A stretch of DNA of 64,000 nt, taken from Epiperipatus broadwayi (taxonomy: Eukaryota; Animalia; Onychophora). Both the position numbers and the translations under genes were made by a program. The DNA lies in contig JAQFVV010000007.1 in the NCBI GenBank assembly GCA_028023455.1, positions 10,602,001 to 10,666,000 of the forward strand. The letters are read 5' to 3'. Positions 13,270 to 24,840 of the stretch are shown here, in pieces (the first letter of the stretch is position 1; each line of letters begins with the position of its first letter). The notes under the pieces were generated by a model. The model made no database searches. It saw nothing but the letters and a program-made list of their open reading frames with translations, and was not told the origin of the DNA.

Positions 13270-14310
13270 AGTCATCTGTGTTATTATTTTGATTATGAAT
13301 ATGCAATGACATTGGCTTAACCAAAGCCATCAACTGGGTGATGAATAGATTATTATAAAAATGATTAGCTATAAACATCAGTTTATAATAATGTCCAAGT
13401 TCCACCAATAAAAAAAATAAGGATATAAAATTGAAAAAATAAACATCAGAAAATGTTCAGAATAATATGTTTTTTTTTTAAATTTTTTCTAACTAGATGA
13501 GAATTTGGATGTATCATCACATTTATTGATACAATTTGGTCTCTTTAGTATCTCAATGGCTTTTCTGTTCTTACCTTGGCAGACAATGTCACATCTGAAA
13601 AGGATCCTGTTATTAGAAAAATCAATATTGTGACCTGAATCTATAGCATGGAATGAGAGTAATGATGATAATAAGTGTTGTTTAGATGCTTAGCATGATC
13701 ATCTCTGTTAGTACTGATGTGAAGATTGCTCATGCATAAAGATGAAATTTCATAAATATAGCAAAAATAAATTATATGCTTTTTTTTCACATTTAAATAA
13801 TATCCACCCTTACATTAAATTCACAATGGAGACACAACCATATGGAAAACTTTCTTTTCTTGATGTACTCACTACCAGAAAACAAAATAATCGATCATCT
13901 TCAGTTTTCAGAAAAACATACACACAGACTGATACTTATAATTTTCATCATATTATCATCCAACTCAGATTTTTTTCCAGATGTGACACTCTTTATTAAT
14001 GTAAAATCAGAGAAGCTATTGAAATACTAAAAGACCAAATTGTATCAACAACCATGATGACCCAAGCTTCATATTCGGAAGAATTTTTTAAAAAATATAT
14101 TACTCTGACATTATCTGACTTTTATTTTTTCAATTTTATATACCTGTTTTTCCTATTGGTAAAACTTTAACATTGTTATGAATCTGTATTTGCAATGACT
14201 CTATGCCCATTTTTATAATATGCTATTCATCACCCAGTTGATGGCTTCTGTGATCAAACTGAAACATTAGTAAATTCATAAGCAAAATCATACATGGTTA
14301 CACCCAATAA
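13270..14310. mobile_element. Penelope-like element relic with inverted terminal arrangement
   Basis: Plus strand FFSHLNNIHPYIKFTMETQPYGKLSFLDVLTTRK (PLE RT C-terminal region, ORF 13742-13999), then KIREAIEILK. Minus strand HAIDSGHNIDFSNNRIL...KAIEILKRPNCINK (GIY-YIG C-terminus, ~13505-13660). 13324-13567 is an inverted copy of 14007-14247. Confidence 0.8.
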
Positions 14311-16292
14311 TGTAATTCACTGATATTTATTACAGGCATTTATAACCAATTTAATAAAACTTAAACACACACACACAAATATTCTTTTAATAGGTTCTGC
14401 TCTTGTATATATTTTTTTATATTCATTTCTGATTATTGATTTTATTTATTTTATATATATTTTCAAGTTATTTTGTTTTATTAGGCATCTTTTATATTAA
14501 TTTTATCATATCATAATATACATAAGTGACTGAAAGTCAGAACAACCTTTTTTATAATCAATGCATTTTGAAACATTTACTTTCCTTTTCAAGTAAGATA
14601 CTTCATATATACATTTTTTAGATTTATTTCATATACATAATACAACTAAAATATCCATTAAGTAAAAAACATTGTAATAACAATAAAAATAATAAATATA
14701 ATTGTAATTAACTATTATATACAATCTTTCAATCAACAGAAGTACTTTTGATTAATTCCTTAACCCTTCTCAACTGCCATTAAATTTAATGTCGAATAAG
14801 ATAATGAATTATTGAAAATGGGCATCTGTGGATTGAAAAACTGTATATAATAGTTAATTACCATTATATTTATTATTTTTATTGTTATATATATATACAC
14901 ACATTTAATATATTTCAAATTTCTATTCCATCATATATTTCTGAAACATATGATCAATGACATGTGATATATTAAGTTGCTTGTAATATCAAAAATTTGA
15001 GCGTTAAAATAGTCCAAGAGCCATTTGTAGCAATTCTTAAAATTATAATAGTTATATTAAAAGATGAAACATTCTTCAAATAGGCACTGTAAAGCAAAGA
15101 ACTTCCCAGTAGTTTCTCATAAAGTAACAGTGAAAAAGACTAATTTTTTCACCAATTTCTGAGTGATCAAAGTTGATAGTTTTTCAATCATTTTATCTGG
15201 TAACTAAAAAAATAGCTATTTACCTCTTTATTATTCAATATCAGTTTATTATTTGGATTAGCTAATAGGATAGCTACTTAAAAGAAAAATCTTGAGCCTA
15301 ATTGTAATCTTAAAAATATTCAAAGTTCACTCATTCCGAATTTAAACTTGAGTTCTGAAAGTCTCCTTTGCATTTGTGGCTGTTTATCATAAACTTCTGA
15401 GTTTTGTGTATATGTGTGTACACATATATAGGAGTCAGCATTGATTTAAGAGTATACCAGTAAAAGATGACCAATTCTTTTTTCAGCTATTTGTCTTATC
15501 ATTCTTGAATTAATGCATGAGTTACATAGTAATGTAATTTATCTATTCACCATAAAAATTTAAAGATATTAATTTGTCTAGATTACTAGTTATTGCATGA
15601 AATGTGACAGAGGATTTCATGCCTTCATTGATTATCTTCAATGATTTTTTTGTTATCATGAAATCTTAAAAACTACTTGAAAACTTTCTTATGACATATG
15701 GTCTCACTGCCAAACACAATTTGGATCATTTCAGATGTATCAGTAGTAATTTCTCAAATTTAAAGCAAAATTTAATGTTAGTTTGCATCATGGCTTAAAA
15801 TAGTGGACCCCAATCTTTTTTTCTAATGTACCCTTTGATTGGGTTTTTGCCTCTTGAGTACCCATTGATTAGACTATTCTTTCTTCATTGCCTTTGCCCA
15901 TTCCTCAAAACAGTTTTTTCAAATTTAGGTTAGCTAAATAAATGAATGATTCATATTAACCTAATGATATTTATTGGCTTTTATTTTTGATTTTACATGT
16001 ATTTCAATTTAATTAATTCCACATTGGTGCAGAAAGGGAGGATACATGTGCAATCACATGATATGACTAGTAAAACTTTCATATAAATTCCACTTTGTAA
16101 ACCAAAGCTTTATAATTTTTGTTATTGTGTTTTCATTTTCATTTCTTTTTTGGTATTTTCTGCTATTACCAATATTGTTATTGCATACTCCCAAACAGTC
16201 TGCCACATATCTTCAGGGGTATGCAACCATAGATTGGGGACCACTGGGTCAAGATAAAACTCACCATCATATTTTATATCATAACACACAAT

Positions 16293-16576
16293 GCAAAACT
16301 CTCCATACAGTATTGCCACCCAGTGCAAGCCAGAGTAATCAACGGATGCCAGAAGGCTTGTACATAAAATTCCCATCTAGTGCCTACTCATCCCTGAGAT
16401 CTAGATGCAGTGCTCTCAGAGATGAGTAGGCACTAGATAGGGATTTTATGCACAAGGCTTCTGGAATCCATTGATTACTCTGGCTTGCACTGAGTGGCAA
16501 TACTGTATGGAGAGTTTTGCTTGTTTTAATAACAGTTATAAGCAAGCATAAGAAATGGTGATTATGTGATGTTTAT
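16293..16576 (+). mobile_element. Retrozyme family A insertion with fold-back structure and HHR deleted
   Basis: 11-bp TSD taacacacaat at 16282-16292 and 16577-16587. Antisense 16293-16393, sense 16394-16576 ending gtgatgttta. Confidence 0.9.
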
Positions 16577-16880
16577 TAACACACAATACAAACAAACACT
16601 CTATCAACTTAAAATTCTTGTGGTTAATAGTTAATCTACAATGTTACATGCATTGATTCAGAGATGGTGTTGCAGAAACTTGAGAAAGAATTGTCACAAG
16701 TGATTTATTCAAAGATGTAGATTTTATAGATTTATTAACAATAATCATCCTATTAGTTATTTATATTACACAGCTGAATTGATTATTCCATGTTTCTATT
16801 ATTAATTTAAAAAAAAAAAGATATATCTTTAAGTTGACTTAAATTTATGTATGGACTAGAAATGATATAATATCTAGTAA

Positions 16881-17054
16881 ATTTTGCTGATAGAGGAATC
16901 TTCCAAACCATGACACAAGATAGTGACTTTTATAAAGATAAGAACAGCTGTCTTATCTTTAACCTAAATGTCCATTTATATAGGAAAATCTGAAGCATCT
17001 TTATAAAAGTCGCTATCTTGTGTCATGGTTTGGAAGATCCCTCTATTGCAAAAT
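16881..17054. mobile_element. MITE-like element with ~58-bp terminal inverted repeats
   Basis: 16881-16939 (attttgctgatagaggaatcttccaaaccatgacacaagatagtgacttttataaagat) is inverted at 16997-17054 with few mismatches. Internal hairpin at 16934-16960. Confidence 0.7.
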
Positions 17055-17639
17055 ATGCTTGATTATTGCTAATTTTAAAGTGCATTGAATACAGGTTAAT
17101 GCCTGTTCAGACTATTTACATAAGCTCTCTGTGCACTCTATAAATTAATTACTACTCTTTCATATCTAGTATAATAAATGATTAGTAATTATCATTAATG
17201 TATTTATCTGAAATGTTTCGTGTCAAAGTTGTGAACACAGACAGTTTGAAATTTGTAGATGAAATCGTAATAACTTATACTAATAAATACTGAGTACATG
17301 ATGAAGATACATAAAAAACTGTGATCTGGGTTAACATGAAATCCATGTTGAGCATCATTTATTTTATTCAGATACTTTTATTCATATGTTTCAAGCATGA
17401 GTGCGGAATGGATTTAAGTATATCTAAAAAAGTTAATATATATAGAAAAAAGAGAAATGAAATCTGTTAATAAATCCATGGGATTATGTGTAATAATAAA
17501 CAACAGATATATCGATCCCTAACTTAGTTTAAAATTTAATTTCTAATCAAATAACTGATTATCAATAATTATTAATACATTTAACTGAAGTGTATCAAAG
17601 TTTTGAGAGCGAAAAATGTGACACTTGTAAAACAAGTTT

Positions 17640-18290
17640 AATAATGTACACGTGATCAAAATTCTAATGTTGTATCAAAGATGGATGAATATTTTGTCAA
17701 TAAGTTGTACGCGCATACGTATACACATATGTGTGTGCGTATAAAAGTTCAATTTCCAAGATAGCGATGTTTTTTTTTTTTTAAAAAGTTCTATTAATTT
17801 TACAAGTTCTCGGGACAGATTTTGAAGTTTTATACATATGAGTAATTTATGTGGTTTTTTAGTACGCAATAGTTAATAATTCAAGTATCTAAAAAATGTA
17901 ATTTTTCAAATATGTCTTTCTAATGTTTTTTATTCTTTTTCTGTTGACTTTGTCAGCTGATCGGCTCTACTTTTGATTAAATATAATATTGCAAAAATTT
18001 TTGATTTAATTTTTTTCACGTCTTTGTTTTTTTTTAAGGCTTTTTATTTTATTTTACACTTGATAGAATTTTATATATTTTTAAAATATATAGGGATATC
18101 TTTTTTAAAAAATTTATTTAGAATAATAAAAAAATTTGTTGCTTCGCTGATTCAAAATCTCATTTTCTGGATGGGGGCGGGGGAATAACCTCCGAGTCAA
18201 ATTTATCTTAATAACAGATTTTTTTTTAATGTTTTTTTTTTTTTACACTTGTGTCTACGTACGTGCTGTATTATTTTTTATGTAAATTTG
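17640..18290. mobile_element. Probable non-autonomous DNA element (CpG-retaining)
   Basis: Abrupt CpG enrichment; ends taatgtacacgt / acgtgctgtatta are weakly inverted. No coding capacity. Confidence 0.3.
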
Positions 18291-18929
18291 TATAAATTTT
18301 ATTTTTTAATAAACCCTATGTTTCTGATTATTAATAGGAAAGGAATTTGTTTATATGCTAAAATAAAATTTGTTTATAAAGAATATTAAAAACATGTTGC
18401 ATAAATAGATATTTTTTAATAAAAGCAAGTCAGATATGTCATATTTTAATTTAATATACAGTATTAAAAAAAAAAAACCTCCAGGAACATTACGAACATA
18501 TATTATTAGCATATTTATTTTACAGTTGTTTTTAATAAATTTAATAAGTTATACATGAATTGCATATACGTATTTCTGTATGCAACTTAGTTTAGTAGTA
18601 AGAGAAGTATATTAAATAAGTAGAAACTCTATTTTAGCTTTAAAGAGAGGGGAACACAAGAAAATAATAATTTAGTCAGTCAAATGGAGCTTATATTCAG
18701 TATATCTGTTTGCTATTCTATTATTAATAATCTCTCAAGTTCTTGACCATACGATTGATAAATAAAGAAGACTATAGCAATTAATCTATTTATAAATTTA
18801 CTATTAGACTTTCGAACATTTTGAAGCCTATGTAACAAATATGTGTTCTTAATATTTCTCCCTTGTTGCTTTAAAACCATCAAAACATCACCTGATCACC
18901 ATTTCATATGCTTACACATGCTGTTAATA

Positions 18930-19851
18930 AGAGTAATGTGATGTGATGCACTGTGACTTTTCCTTAAACTGTCAGAAATCTCTCAGCAACTATGCCCAAA
19001 AGAAACCTGCTAGCCACTTTATTTTCCCCTTCCATTCCCCACCCTAAGCTTTCCCATAATCTGCTCCATCCCATTTCCACAACATAATCTTTGTCAACTC
19101 TATGGTCTTTATATCTAAATCTCCCTTATCTTTTCTCAAATCCAGTATTAAAACCAAATACCCACTTTCTGTATAATCAATTTGTTCATATTTATTCTTC
19201 CATAACTTCATTATTTGTACCCTTTCTGCTTTCAAGCATTTACATTCAATAAACAGATGCGTAATATTTTCTATGCCTTCCTTACACAATTTGCATACTA
19301 GATCACCCATATTTTTTCATTTACATGTATATTCTCTTGGCACAGGGTGGCACTACTGTATGGAGAGTTTTGCCTTGTTTATAAACAATTATGTACTAGT
19401 ATAAGAGATGGTGATCATGTGATGCTTAATGTTTTATATTCTCTTGTTGCTAAAAATCCTGTTCGAGCCTTAAACTATAAACTACTTTCCTTACTATTAT
19501 CATAAATTAACTCACACCCAATGTTCCATTTACTTCTATATATATTTAAACTCTTTTTACTCACCATACTGGTTCTCCATCTCTCCAACTTCCTATTCTT
19601 TATTAATGCATCTTTTCTTTTATCCCATTCCTTACTACTATAACACTCAACAATCCTACTAACACAATCATCCCACCTTTTATACAAGTATACTGATATA
19701 AATTCTTTATCCAAATCTTTTGCATACTGCATTACCTTTCTCACCCATCTTGTTGCCTGCCCTTTACTCATAACCCAATTAAATACTATTTTGGATATTC
19801 TTTTATTATCCATAAATTGCAATCTACCAAACATTTTCATTTTACTTTTTA
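18930..19851 (-). mobile_element. LINE ORF2 C-terminal fragment (RTE-X-like), interrupted by a retrozyme
   Basis: KSKMKMFGRLQFMDNKRISKIVFNW...KKSLNIYRSKWNIGCELIYDNS...FKARTGFL and the CCHC zinc finger CKLCKEGIENITHLFIEC. Clade assignment is from motif recall only. Confidence 0.75.
19340..19434 (+). mobile_element. 95-bp 5'-truncated retrozyme family A insertion
   Basis: Perfect 12-bp TSD tatattctcttg at 19328-19339 and 19435-19446. Removing the insert and one TSD rejoins the LINE frame (FKARTGFLATRE-YTCK). Confidence 0.9.
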
Positions 19852-20540
19852 CGAAACTCTCATACAGGAGTGCCACCAAATGCAAGCCTTTGTAAACAAT
19901 GGATGCAGGAAGGTTTGTGCATAAAATTCCTATCTAGTGCCTACTCATGCAATATCCCCAGACTCATTTTAGCCTGTGGCTTTCATCAATGATGAGCCTT
20001 GGATTTGAGAGCACTGGATCTAGATTTCAGGATCTAATGTATCCAATGATAACCAAGTCTTGTACTTAGTGACACTACTGTATGAAGAGCTTTGTACTTT
20101 TATTGACAACATGTAAGCATATGAAATGGTTATCATGTAATGTTTTGATGGTTTTATACCTATCCTGCCCATGTGACAATAGTGACTCTGGTTTTTGAAA
20201 AACCAAAAATCCCAAAATGTATAGATGCTAAACAGAGTTCAGATGTAATTGAATGAGCTTGGGTTAGAAACATTATGGTGTTTTCATCTTGGGATTCTAG
20301 CTTGACAGTTAACCAAATAAGTAAAAAGTGGATGTTGGAGGGTTGTACTAGATCCTGAGCTCTATATGCATTGCTTTCATATCCAAGGCTCCTCACTGAT
20401 GAAAGCCATAAGCTAGAAACTAGTCCAGGATGTCATATGAGTAGGCACTAGATAGGGTATTTTATGCACAAACATTCCTGTATCCATTGATTACAAAGGC
20501 TTGTACTAAGTGGCACTATTGCATGGAGAGTTTGGGACTC
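19852..20540. mobile_element. Diverged retrozyme family A subfamily, inverted plus sense segments
   Basis: Antisense 19852-~20041, sense ~20050-20540 (about 1.1 monomer). No convincing TSD. Confidence 0.8.
20396..20425 (+). ncRNA. Type I hammerhead core (family A variant)
   Basis: CTGATGA-A-AGC-CATAA-GCT-A-GAAAC-TA-GTC. Core intact; proximal stem I pairs are disrupted in this copy. Confidence 0.7.
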
Positions 20541-20750
20541 TTATTACTTTGTTTGTATTAAATCTTTTTTTAAAAAACCCACTCTTAAATGCACTTTCCA
20601 CAATAAGTTTATTTGATTTATTACTACAGTTTCCAATTGCCTGGAATACTTTGTTGTTATTAATAACTTATTTATTAATCTGTGGTGTCTAAATTTCTTT
20701 GAGAGGCTATTATATATTTTTTCCAATTTTGAAATCTGTAGAAGTTAGAG

Positions 20751-20792
20751 TTAAAACAGAACCAAAACTCTCCACACAGTAGTGATGTTTAG
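20751..20792 (+). mobile_element. Minimal retrozyme family A fragment (inverted start joined to 3' end)
   Basis: ttaaaacagaaccaaaactctccacacagtag (inverted start) joined directly to tgatgtttag (sense 3' end). Possible agttaaa duplication on both sides. Confidence 0.5.
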
Positions 20793-20899
20793 TAGTTAAA
20801 GATGTTTGTGTCAGAAATCCAAGGTTGTGGCTTAATTAAAGATATTAATTTGTATTTTGAGATCGTTTGCTGAAAAAATAGATATTCTGAGTTATTACG

Positions 20900-23800
20900 A
20901 GTTTGGGACATATGTTTTTGGAAGCAGTTTATGTCAGTTTGATAAACATTATGGTTAGTTTATCAAGAACATGTTGATTATTACTTTTTAAGTATAAAAA
21001 ATAGGGTAAGAGACAATGAGTTTGTGCTATATTTGATGTACCACATATGGTGATAAAAATGAAAGTGGACATAGAATTATGAAGTTTTCAAAAAAACAAC
21101 TATATAGTCTGAATTTTCTCCTTGAGAAAAATGCTGAATGAAAATGGATATGGAAGCATCCATATGAAAGCACATTAGACTTGGATTATATTTTGACTGC
21201 TAGTAAATATATAGTCCAAGTTTATAATCTTCTTAATAAATTCAGCATAGGAAGTGACAATCAGTTAGTGAGATATAAGATATGTGCTAATGCAAAACTA
21301 ACACAATTTATTAAGGGAAGCAATATTCAAAGCTGATATTCCTAACTTTCAGAAACATTTCAATGAATTTAAATTAGATAATTTAAAAATATTAAGAGAC
21401 ATTGAATATTGCTCAGATTTGAATGAAATTATTAGAAAAATAACTGTTACATTATTACTAACTGAAACAAAGATAGCAAATAAAAAGAAATAGCAATTGA
21501 CCGGTAAAATGTCCACTGAATCAAGGCAGTATTAAGGAAGAAAGGAGCATGAAAATTTATAAAAATGATTGTATCTGAAGCTTTGTAAAAATGATATAAA
21601 AAGAATTAATAACAATGTAAGAAAATATAGTTGTGAATTAGCAAGAAAAGCTATAAAAAATATAATAAAAGTTTCAAAAGTGTAAAACAATATCTTGATA
21701 CTAGTAGGAAACTTATTTTTTCAATAAGAAGACAAAATTATTTCTAAATAGAGAGATGACATCATGAAACATGGAAGCATTTTATAAAGAATTATATAGA
21801 AATAAAGAAGAGAAAAAAGGATCCTCTACAATTACCACATCTGAATTTTCCCAACATTATTAATGAAGAAGTAAACCATGCAATTAAATCTATGAAGAAA
21901 GAAAAGATGTAGGTAATGGTGGAATCATAATCAGTATCTTAAAAGAAGCTGGTGAAAAAATAGAAAAATTGTTGGAAAAGTTATATACTTTTCTTTTTCC
22001 TTTTCCTATGTATTGATTTTTACTTTAACATATCATGCCATTTACAACTTTCTTAAACACTTTATCAATACTCTTTATTTATATCAAAACTAACAGTTTT
22101 GACTGTCCTGCAGTCATCATCAGATCTACAATATTCAAATATATAATTATATAATTAATACACTTCTATACATATTCCTATACATAATTAAATACATAAA
22201 ATAAACAAAAATAAAATGTACATTTTAATCTGACCATTATAATAATCATTTCCCATTTTATTACTTTACTCTTAAATAATTCTATCAATATTTATTTTAT
22301 ATCACTTTATTTTATTTTATTTTTTTAAAAATATTATTATAATTATAAATTTTAACATATATTCTACTATTTAATACATATTATTGTCATTTTACTTATA
22401 TTATAAATCAACTTCTAACCTTTTCTTATTTTTATTAAATATTTTATAATTATCAATTAACTTTTACCACATTACAAATTACTTTTTTACATTACAAAGA
22501 TTACCTACCTTTTTACAATTCTATTTCTGAAAACCCAACTGATAAATTTTTCAAAATTTGTACACTTGTTTAACACCTCTCTTTATTGTCAATTTTCTTT
22601 AACTTTATTCTTTTAACCTTCTTTAAATTCAAGCTATTATTAATAATAATTGCTTATAAAATTATTGTCTTTATCCCAAAATCTCGATTAAGATTTGGTT
22701 TTATATTTTTAAGCAATATTGCCTCTTTAATTTTCCTAACTAGAAGGAATAGGAAAATTAAAGAGGCAATATTGCTTAAGAATATAAAACCAAATCTTAA
22801 TAGGAATTTTGGGGTAAATACAATAATTGTATAAGAAATTATTAGTAATAATAGTTTGAATTTGAAAAAGGTTAAAAGAATAAAGTTAAAGAAAATGACA
22901 ATAGAGTGAGGTGTTAAACAAGTGTACAAATTTTGAAAATTTTTGTCAGTTAGGTTTTTAAAAATAGGATTGTAACAAGGTAGGTAATTTTTGTAATGTA
23001 AAAAAGTAATTTGTAATGTGGGAAAAGTTAATTGATAATTATAAAATATTTAATAAAAATAAGAAAAGGTTAGAAGTTGATTTATAACATAAGGAAAATG
23101 ACCATAATATATATTAAATAGTAGAATAAATGTTAAAAATTATAATTAAAATAAATAATAATTTAAAAATAAAATAAAATAAAGTGATGTAAAATAAATA
23201 TTGATAGAATTATTTAAGAGTAAAGTAATAAAATGGGAAATGATTATTTATAATGGTCAGGTTAAAGTGTATATTTTATTTTTGTTTATTTTGTATATTT
23301 AATTATGTATATGAATATGTGTATAAGTGTATTAATTATGTAATTATATATTTGAATATTGTAGCTCTGATGATGACTGCAGGACAGTCGATACTGTTAG
23401 TTTTGCTATAAATAAAGAGTATTGATAAATGTTAAGAAAGTTGTAAATGGTATGATATGTCAAGGTTATATACCAAATATCTAAACGATAATGATTTATC
23501 AGATAATTGTGAGAATACAATAGTAATATTAACAGTTAAAATATGTGATAAAAAGATATTAGAAATTAATGACAGTCTTTTATCAGTTCTATACAATTTT
23601 TTTACTAAGATAATTACAACTCATCTACAGTGAACATTGATTTAAACCAACTAAAATAACAAACTGACTGTAGTGGATAGTATCCAAGTATTGAGAGAAA
23701 TTATAGAAAAGACTATTGAATATGTGTTACTATTATCTTTGGATTTGTAGATTATGAAAAAACATTTGATATATAAACTAAAGCGTTGGATCATCAAGAT

Positions 23801-24840
23801 TTAGACTAAAGATATTGTCATATTTTGAGGATATTTGCTAAAATGTAATGGCATTAATTAGATTATACAATGATACAGAAAAGATTAACATTAAGAAGGA
23901 TGTACAACATGGTAATTTCATATTTTGAAAATTTTTACAGCAGTTTTTATTTTGTGGATTAAAATGGAAAGCTAATGAAGTAAAAGTAAATGGAGATTAC
24001 TTAAATCATCTAGACTTGGCAGATGATGTGATTGTTTTTGGAAATAATGCTTTAGAGCTTCAAGGAATATTGCAAGTTATCAGATGAAAGCAAGAAAGTA
24101 GAAAAATTAATGTTAAAAAGACTAAGTAAAAGTAAATGGAGATTACTTAAATCATCTAGACTTGGCAGATGATGTGGTTGTTTTTGGAAATAATACTTTA
24201 GAGCTTCAAGGAATGTTGCAAGTTATCAGATGAAAGTAAGAAAGTAGAATTAAAAATTAATGTTAAAAAGATTAAAAATTAATGTTAAAAAGACTAACAT
24301 AATGTTCAATAGATTTTATCAAAAAAAAGAAAACATATTGATAATAATGAATCAAAATAATTTAACAATTACAAATACATAGGTCAGATTAATATTAGAT
24401 ACATTAATCAAATTAATCATAGAATTAAGTGGAAGACTCTGAGACTTAGATACTTAACAGAAAACTACCCAAGAGACCAGTCAACAAAGTATGGAGATAT
24501 GTGTACTAGGAATGATAAGAAGGGATCAAAAAGGAAATACATGAGTGAGAGTACAAACAATATTATTGACATCATTGAAAGAATTAAGAAAGTGAAGTGA
24601 AGCTGAGATGGACACAATTTTAGAATATATGATAATAGATAGATAGTTGAAATCTTAAACTGGATTTCAAGAGATTGTATAAAACCTAGACAAAGATTAT
24701 ATGTGAGATGGATGCAATAAGAAAGTTTGCTGGTGTGATGTGGAGAAGGGAGACTAGAGATTGTAAAAACTGGTTTAAATTTGAAGAGGCCTTCATTAAG
24801 CAATGTATCATTAATGTAAAATGATGATGATAATGATGAT
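20900..24840 (+). mobile_element. RTE-clade LINE, decayed, interrupted at 21989-23464
   Basis: APE motifs (GDKNESGHR, KWIWKHP...LDYILT, IGSDNQLV). RT motifs (GNGGIIISILKEAG, FVDYEKTFD, YLNHLDLADD at 24016-24027). (GAT)n tail at ~24826-24841. The 146-bp internal tandem duplication at 23980-24270 duplicates the LADD motif. Confidence 0.85.
21989..23464 (-). mobile_element. Penelope-like fold-back insertion (5'-truncated, head-to-head arms)
   Basis: TSD gttatatac at 21980-21988 and 23465-23473. Arms 22028-22738 and 22750-23462 with an 11-nt spacer; extra ~39-nt tail on the left only. Both arms encode RKIKEAILLKNIKPNLNR(D/N)FG (GIY-YIG C-terminus). Each arm has an HHR motif CTGATGA-T-GACTG-CAGGA-CAGTC-(G/A)A(A/T)AC-T-GTT. 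Confidence 0.88.

Noticed and set aside
14759-14780. ttaacccttc as a piggyBac left end (a similar lone right end at ~5750-5766)
   Set aside because: No partner TIR found.
22586-22929. Two overlapping ORFs on opposite strands as genes
   Set aside because: They mirror each other because they span the palindrome centre; only the GIY-YIG C-terminal ~30 residues are meaningful.
24465-24803. 112-aa minus-strand ORF
   Set aside because: It is antisense to the RTE ORF2 3' region.
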